Assembly (NCBI GenBank): GCA_020137815.1
Contig: CM035358.1
Span: forward strand, 3,534,001 to 3,598,000
Direction of reading: 5' to 3'
From: Hormiphora californensis
Taxonomy: Eukaryota; Animalia; Ctenophora
DNA length: 64,000 bases
A program made the position numbers and the translations under genes. The notes beneath the pieces are model-generated. The model worked only from the letters and a program-made list of their open reading frames with translations, made no database searches and was not told the origin of the DNA. Each line of letters starts with the position of its first letter. Position 1 is the stretch's first letter. Below, piece after piece: positions 56,837-64,000 of this stretch.

Positions 56837-58677
56837 TTAATAAAAACTACTAACTTCACAGTCATACCCAAACAGTTCACAATCTTGCTGGTACCTCTCC
56901 CTGTACAGATTTAATAACTCAGGGCTCAGGGTGGAGAAGTACTGTCTCCACGTCGCATGCTTGGTACCCCCTTTTAGGGTCGGATTGGAGTGCCACTCGA
57001 ATCCCTCATAAGTCAATCCATGCGTTTTGAGAACAAACAAGTTGTCAATGTTGAGTGTTTCAAATTTAACTATTTCAGTGTAATTGACTGAGCAGGGAGC
57101 ACACCAATCACTGTAACGTGCCCAATGCATGTCCTGTTTATTATCCAAGAGGACCGCTGAAGAGAATTCTGCAAATGTAGGAGCAGGGGGATCTAGGTAT
57201 GGGTTGCTTGCGGAGGGAGTGGTGTTTTTGGAGAGGATCTGAAGGTCAGCTTGGGACATGAGATCTTCCTGACGGTTTTTAGTCATACCGGCTGGGATAG
57301 GACGGTATTTCTGCTTCGCAAATCGGCCAATGCTATTATAGTAAACCTGTTGAAAATTAATTAAGACAACTTTATATCTGTAGACGATATTATAACCGCC
57401 TACTGGAGTTCTAATGAACTTATTAATTTCATACCATTTTGTCAAGGGCCTCCACTTTGTCCCTGAATGCACTCACTACTCTCTCATAGGGATGGCGTAC
57501 AACCAGGAAGCTAATGTAGTCAGACGGCTGCAGGGAAAGAAGGAGGATTTGGCTGTTGATAGTTAAAGGGGTCTATTATAGGTAATTACCGATACAGATT
57601 CGGGGATCTGTGAATCCTTGACTGATCAGCGAACCCGCAGGACTTATGAGATATTAAATGTCTACATGATTTGTTAATTAACTTAAGCAACTTACTATGG
57701 AAATCTTGGGGTGGTTAAACTTGGCTTGAAGAACATTGTGGAGACATGCCCCTCTCGCTCCCTGCCGCTTTATTCCTGCACACTTCCTAGAAGTAGTAGC
57801 CAAGTAATGAAGAAAGTGATTATAAAAATTGTAAACCAACAAAAATAGCTTTAAATATTAGTTAATTGATAGTTACGTACAGTCGGTCCCCCCAATTTAC
57901 CGGACGGCAACGATCCGATCTGGGGGTGCCTGACAGATACTGATAGCACGTACCTGTCAACATTTGTAATTTTTGCCAGGTATTTCTTCCAGTTGCTACT
58001 TCCTGCCTTGTAGATCGGGCACCACCCCAATTTGAACTCACTGAAAATAATTTGGTGGGCGGTGGCGGCATCTGGAATATCTATAAAAATGATTTAGAGA
58101 ACATGAGGAGCTGTCAATACTGTGAGAGTAGGTTTTAATTGAATTGGAGAAGCAAGAGGTAATTCTGGAATTGACACATGCACAGAGTACTCTTATATGT
58201 CACATGATACTCACTCGAAATGATGAAAATGTTTAGGCTGTTTCGGATGAGTCGTCTTTGAAGTAAGTTCTTGAAACTTGCACATTTTGTGGAGAAGTGA
58301 AACACGGCTATCCATCTCCCTCGCTATGTCCTCAAACTAAAACACAGTATGAAATGGTATTCTTGAGATCTGTTCAAGTGAAACTTTTCAGAGCATTGGC
58401 CTAACAAAGTATAATCGTAGTGAAAAGAGTTTCTTACACTTTCGACAGACTCCAATTGCTCCCAAAGATCTGGAATACTTTTCTGAGTCCAGTGCAGTTG
58501 CTCCTGGACGCCATGTTCAGAACTCAGTACGGAAGAAAGGGCGGGATCAGAGGGAGGGGCAACACTTTGGGGCGGGGAGGAGGGTGTGGGCTCAGGTTGC
58601 GGTCGGGAGAACAGGAACGTTAATCCAAAAAGAACAAGGAGCAGGGTCGAAAGGAAAATTAAAACTTTCCCTCTCAT
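56837..58677 (-). CDS. Golgi carbohydrate sulfotransferase (Sulfotransfer_2, CHST8-14-like)
   Basis: Type II TM anchor MRGKVLIFLSTLLLVLFG; 5'-PSB WCPIYKAGSSNWKK (57954-58072); 3'-PB FLVVRHPYER (~57477-57527); HWARYSDWCAPC, KFETL and YQQDCELFGY. Confidence 0.92.
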
Positions 58678-59054
58678 GACGATAACAAGAAAATACTAAT
58701 CAGCACTAAATACGAACCGGACACTTGAAAGAATACAGTGAGAGAGAAAGAGAGAAAGAGAGAGATAGAGAATAAAGACATGTGATTTGTTATTGTTTGG
58801 AGTTGTTGTACTTCTTTCATACCTTGTTACAGCTTGTTACCGACTCACACAACAAGCCCCAACTGCTAATACTGGCGGAAAGCCCAGCAATGACCATGAC
58901 GTAACACACAATGGGATATGGGTATTGATCCATATAATATCCATATAATATTGGTATCCCTTCCCGGTGTACTGGGCCGGTGTGCAGACTCTAGTGCTAA
59001 AATCATTTGCATCGAACTCGAGATTTCGGCCGATAGGCCGGAAACGAGAGTTCA

Positions 59055-59798
<744 letters not shown>

Positions 59799-61578
59799 AC
59801 TGCTTAAATAAATTTAATGGATGTTCACAATGCCGAAATTTTGTACTTCGTGGAATGCGCTGTTTTTTTGTTAATACACTGCATTTAGCCGCCGCGCTTA
59901 TCGCGCGCGTGGAAGGTTTTGTTTGTTTTTCTGAAATTCAAACATTTTGGCCGAGTGAAAAAGCAGGAAACTGAACAAGCAAAAAAAGAACCCTCGGGAG
60001 TCGGGCCGTGGCCCGTGCCCTGGTCGGAACTCGGAGCTTTTGATAATTGATAGCTCATAGCATCACAAAGTGAGATCCTTACGCACAACGTTTTTGTAAC
60101 CTTGTCGTGTAGTATCTCCGAAGGTCCGAATTTAAATTTTTGCCAGCGCCTAGCTTTCCAAGAAAAGTTATCCAAATTTTTGCTTGCAGACGCGGACACG
60201 GTGGTCGGTGGATTCCCTGACAGAGTTCAAAGTGATCCTTGGCTGGTGAGATTCGTAGACCGATCTCCGGTGACCGGCTACACTTCACAGAAAATCAAAC
60301 CGATTCGCAACTGGACACGAAATACGAATAGCTTCCAAGGATGGCGAGCCGCGAGGCTTTATGGGGAGTTGGTCCTGCGCCTGTACAATGTATGCGTGAA
60401 GAGGACTGCAAGACTACTAGTCTGCGGAATCAGTATTCCCACAACGAAATATTACAACTGTGTTTTTGCTGGAAACTAGTATAGATCCTAGACATGATGG
60501 AAATCTTGTTGAAGCTGCAAGTTCTATTGCGATCCGATTAAACTCATATTCAATAGATTTTGTGGAATAATGCGGCATGTATTGCCGATACCCGTACCAA
60601 CATATTCTATTCTTATTCCTAACCACATACTAAACGATAATTTCTTTTTCATAAGACCATATTGTTAGATAGGATCATTGGCAACACAAACACGTAGCGT
60701 TCCAATGTAAACTCGACGTTTATTCGTTCTACGTTAAATGACCTGATACTTCATTCTCGCACTTTCTTGCCCCTCTCTTCAAATCGAGAAGCTCTTTCTC
60801 AGAATCTCCTGCATGTTTAACCAAATATGGCTAACCCTACACCAAGTCCAGGTCGCTGCTATATAGCGATAACGAGAGGGGCATCCGGTTAGTATTTTTC
60901 ATTTTTACTGCTTCTTCCCTCTTTCTGTCTATTCGTAATATTATGATCATCTTTGGACTGAGAGGGAATCCTTATAAAAGCTGTCACACTCACATTCGAT
61001 ACTCCGGCACCAACACTTTTCAGAGTGATCCTAAATATTCAAGCGACTAGATTTATATACTTTTCTGTCAGTCTGGCTTTCGTAGTTACGGGAGCGCTCT
61101 CCCCTTAACAAGAATAACTGCATTATGTTTCATAATGCTATGTTTCCCGGCCAACCTCTATTTTCATAACTATTAGTATCTAAATCTAATGTGAAGGCGG
61201 GCCAGACATTTCTCATCATTTATCAATCACTCAAACCTTATGGAACTTGGTCTTGTGTTTTAGTAGCACTAAATTGCGTGCCACAATGCGCGGCTCACAT
61301 TTCCTGAAAACGTGCCATTGAAGTATTTGATGAAGGAGCAACACCGTTGTCCCTCGCAACTGAGCGTGTTACAGCCAGTTTTGTGACCGTGACACCTCAC
61401 TAATATGTAACTTGTCGAATTCTAAACCCCTATGCCTTTTTACAAAAGGCATCCGGGTGAATGCCTTCGGCATTCACCCGGGCGGGGAAAAAATTCTGGC
61501 TTTCGTAGACAAGATGACTCAAATTTAGTGATAGTTTTCATTTCCTCTAACATGAGACCTTTCCAATAGCGATATGAC

Positions 61579-62173
61579 ATGATAATCCGAAGAAACATAG
61601 TAATATTTCTGGTGGGTCTAGCCCACCTGGTATCATCCGAATCATCCTGTGCGGAAAACACGTGTTACGGACGGGGTGTGTGCTACCAACAGAGCCAGGA
61701 CTCAGTAGCTTGTGTCTGCCAGGAGGGATACACAGGAAGCAGGTGTCAATTCAACAAGGTCAATTGTGCGGCCCAGAGCTGTGGAAATGGAGGCCAGTGC
61801 GTGGATGACCACTGTGTGTGTGCTGATACCTGGGCAGGATCACTGTGTCTCCAGGAGGATTTCTGCCGGGGTAACCCGTGCCGTGGCCATGGAAAGTGTC
61901 TCTCGGTCGATGGGGGATTCCGGTGTCTCTGCGACAAGGGATACACCACTGCTAATTGTGAGAAAGATGTGAATGAATGTGAGATGAATCCAGGGATATG
62001 TCAGAACGGTGGGAGGTGCGTCAATACGGAGGGGTCCTTTCAATGTCAGTGTCCTGCTGGTTATGATGGAAAACTGTGCGGGTTTGAGACGAACGAGTGC
62101 GAGACTAATCCTTGTTTGAATGGTGGACGATGCATTGACGAGCATAACAGTTTCAGATGTGAATGTCCTACCG
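61579..62173 (+). CDS. First exon of a secreted/membrane tandem EGF-repeat protein (Notch/fibropellin-like)
   Basis: Signal peptide, 5 EGF repeats including Ca-binding DVNEC..CQNGGRC and ETNEC..CLNGG; ends at a G|GTAAGT donor. Confidence 0.9.
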
Positions 62174-63207
62174 GTAAGTGATCATATCTGATTATTTATT
62201 TATTATCATTCCCATTGACGCCACAGCTTAATTTAAATGTGTCGAGTAGCAGACAGAAGATTTAGACACTTTTAACAATTATAATGAATAGACATGTAAG
62301 CGGACAAACAGACATACCTATATTATACAGACATACCTAAACCTTTCTGCGTAATGGAAACTGCTAGCTTTGAGGGAGACACGTTTGTATTCATGTAAGT
62401 TGAGACTTGAGATATATAGTATGTACTTATAAGTACTGATACTTAACTTGAACATGCTAATATTAGTCGTATATTATTACGGCTTGGGAATTATTATTTG
62501 ATACTTGAGACTTGAGTTAATTGTATTGCCCTCGCCTTGCGCCCGTTTACAAGCCCTTTGGGAAATATATGGTGTATATGGTCACCAAAGAATAGCGAAT
62601 AAACTTATCAATAAGTTAAGCTGGTTTATATCGAATTCTTTCTCGTTAGAGAGATGAATATCTAGATGGGGATCCCATGTGATACTACATGGAGCCAGGT
62701 ACTTTGTTATCGACTCTTTGAGTATGGGTATATAGAATATCAATATTCTATTATTATGAATAAGCATCTCTTATGTAAGAAGGTCTTTTCTACCTTCTCT
62801 CTCTCTCTTCTTTATTTCTTTATAAAATATGCAGACAAAAAACCTTACACATTCACTCCATCGCTCTTACCTGAGACAAAGTATACCCCCATATTTTCTG
62901 TATCTCAGCTTCTGACTTCTCTCTGATTCTCTGAATCTCTCCGACTCTTTCTCTGACTCTCTCTCTCTCTCTCTCTCTGACTGTCACAATTTATGAACCC
63001 TCTCTTGCCATCTCTCGCTCTGTTGTACTATTATAGCAGCTCTTTTCTCAGGCTACCCCCTTCTCATCTTTTTAAATGTGCATAAGTTAATGAATTTTCA
63101 AGTTTCCTAGTCGACAGTATATTTTTATTTTGTAGGTAGTGCGTGTGTATCTGTGTAGACCTCTCTCCTGGCCTATAGCTCTCCCCGTATCTCTCTCTCC
63201 GTGCGCG

Positions 63208-63279
<72 letters not shown>

Positions 63280-63281
<2 letters not shown>

Positions 63282-64000
63282 TCCTTCCTTTCCCCCTTTT
63301 TTTTTAGTTAAAACGGGGGTTTTTCCGGGCGCTGTCCACTATGAACCCCAATGCGGTCCACACCCTATTTGCTCCAATGGGGGGCAGTGGGACCATCACG
63401 GCAGGGAAAATAAAAGAAGAGAGAAGAAAGGGGGGAAGAGAGCCGTCCCCCCTTTCCCGGACAAACACGCGCAAAACATCAGGGCCCAAAAAACAGGAGA
63501 GGGGGGGAAAGACAAAGGGAGAGAAAAGTGAGGAAACGGTTAGGAATAACAGAGTGGTTATTATATTATCCCAGAGAGGAACAAAGATAGAGGTATTAAA
63601 TCTTCGAGGACCATTTACTAATCGGGGAGAGTGAATCTGAAGTTGTTCTAACCCTCCTTTACACGGAAGGAGGGTCGAGCAAGGCGAATCTGAGCTGTCA
63701 GGGTGGGTTTGGGGGGTAATTTCAAACGGGGTCCCCAAATCTTTTCCCCCAAAATGAAAAAACAATTCTTCCATAATCTCCACTTTATAAATTTTTTCAA
63801 AAGTTTTCTTTTTCTCTTCCCTTTTTTTTTCCTTTTGGATTTCCCTGGGGTTTTATAGGTAATTTCGCCCAACCCTCCCGGGGTTTTTCCCCTTTTTTTC
63901 CCCCCCCTCTCCCCCCTCCCTCGGCCTTTTCTCTCCCCCTCCCGCTCTCTCTTTCTTACCTCAATTTCCCCTTCTCCTAACTCCTGTAATTTTTTTCCTA
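63280..64000. other. Low-quality, homopolymer-rich sequence, possibly containing a garbled EGF exon
   Basis: Excess homopolymer runs; remnant PQCGPHPICSNGGQ at ~63345-63390. Confidence 0.5.

Noticed and set aside
63139-63872. ORFs at the window end
   Set aside because: Low-complexity, apparently low-quality sequence.

Overview
Intron-rich animal genomic DNA. It is most likely a ctenophore (Pleurobrachia/Hormiphora-like), inferred from a recognisable 109-bp MITE, a ctenophore-type domain and nested genes. Genes: a long + strand ankyrin-like/XK-related membrane gene (~5.1-23.5 kb) that appears to host a papain-family cathepsin and a multi-TM gene in its introns, an unknown gene, a large secreted GCC2/GCC3-Sushi-SRCR protein, NUS1, an aldo-keto reductase, a MARCH1/8-type E3 ligase, a carbohydrate sulfotransferase and the start of an EGF-repeat gene. 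Introns contain many non-autonomous TIR/foldback elements (Kolobok-, Chapaev-, hAT-, MULE- and Tc1/pogo-like), a solo LTR and LINE remnants. The most striking pattern is that several intronic minisatellites are tandem amplifications of the flanking splice junction itself (up to ~100 copies), two with polypyrimidine-CAG|GT units resembling recursive-splicing ratchet points. Scattered single-base frameshifts and two degraded stretches (~3.4-4.6 kb, >63.1 kb) suggest imperfect long-read consensus. All gene models were made by eye.
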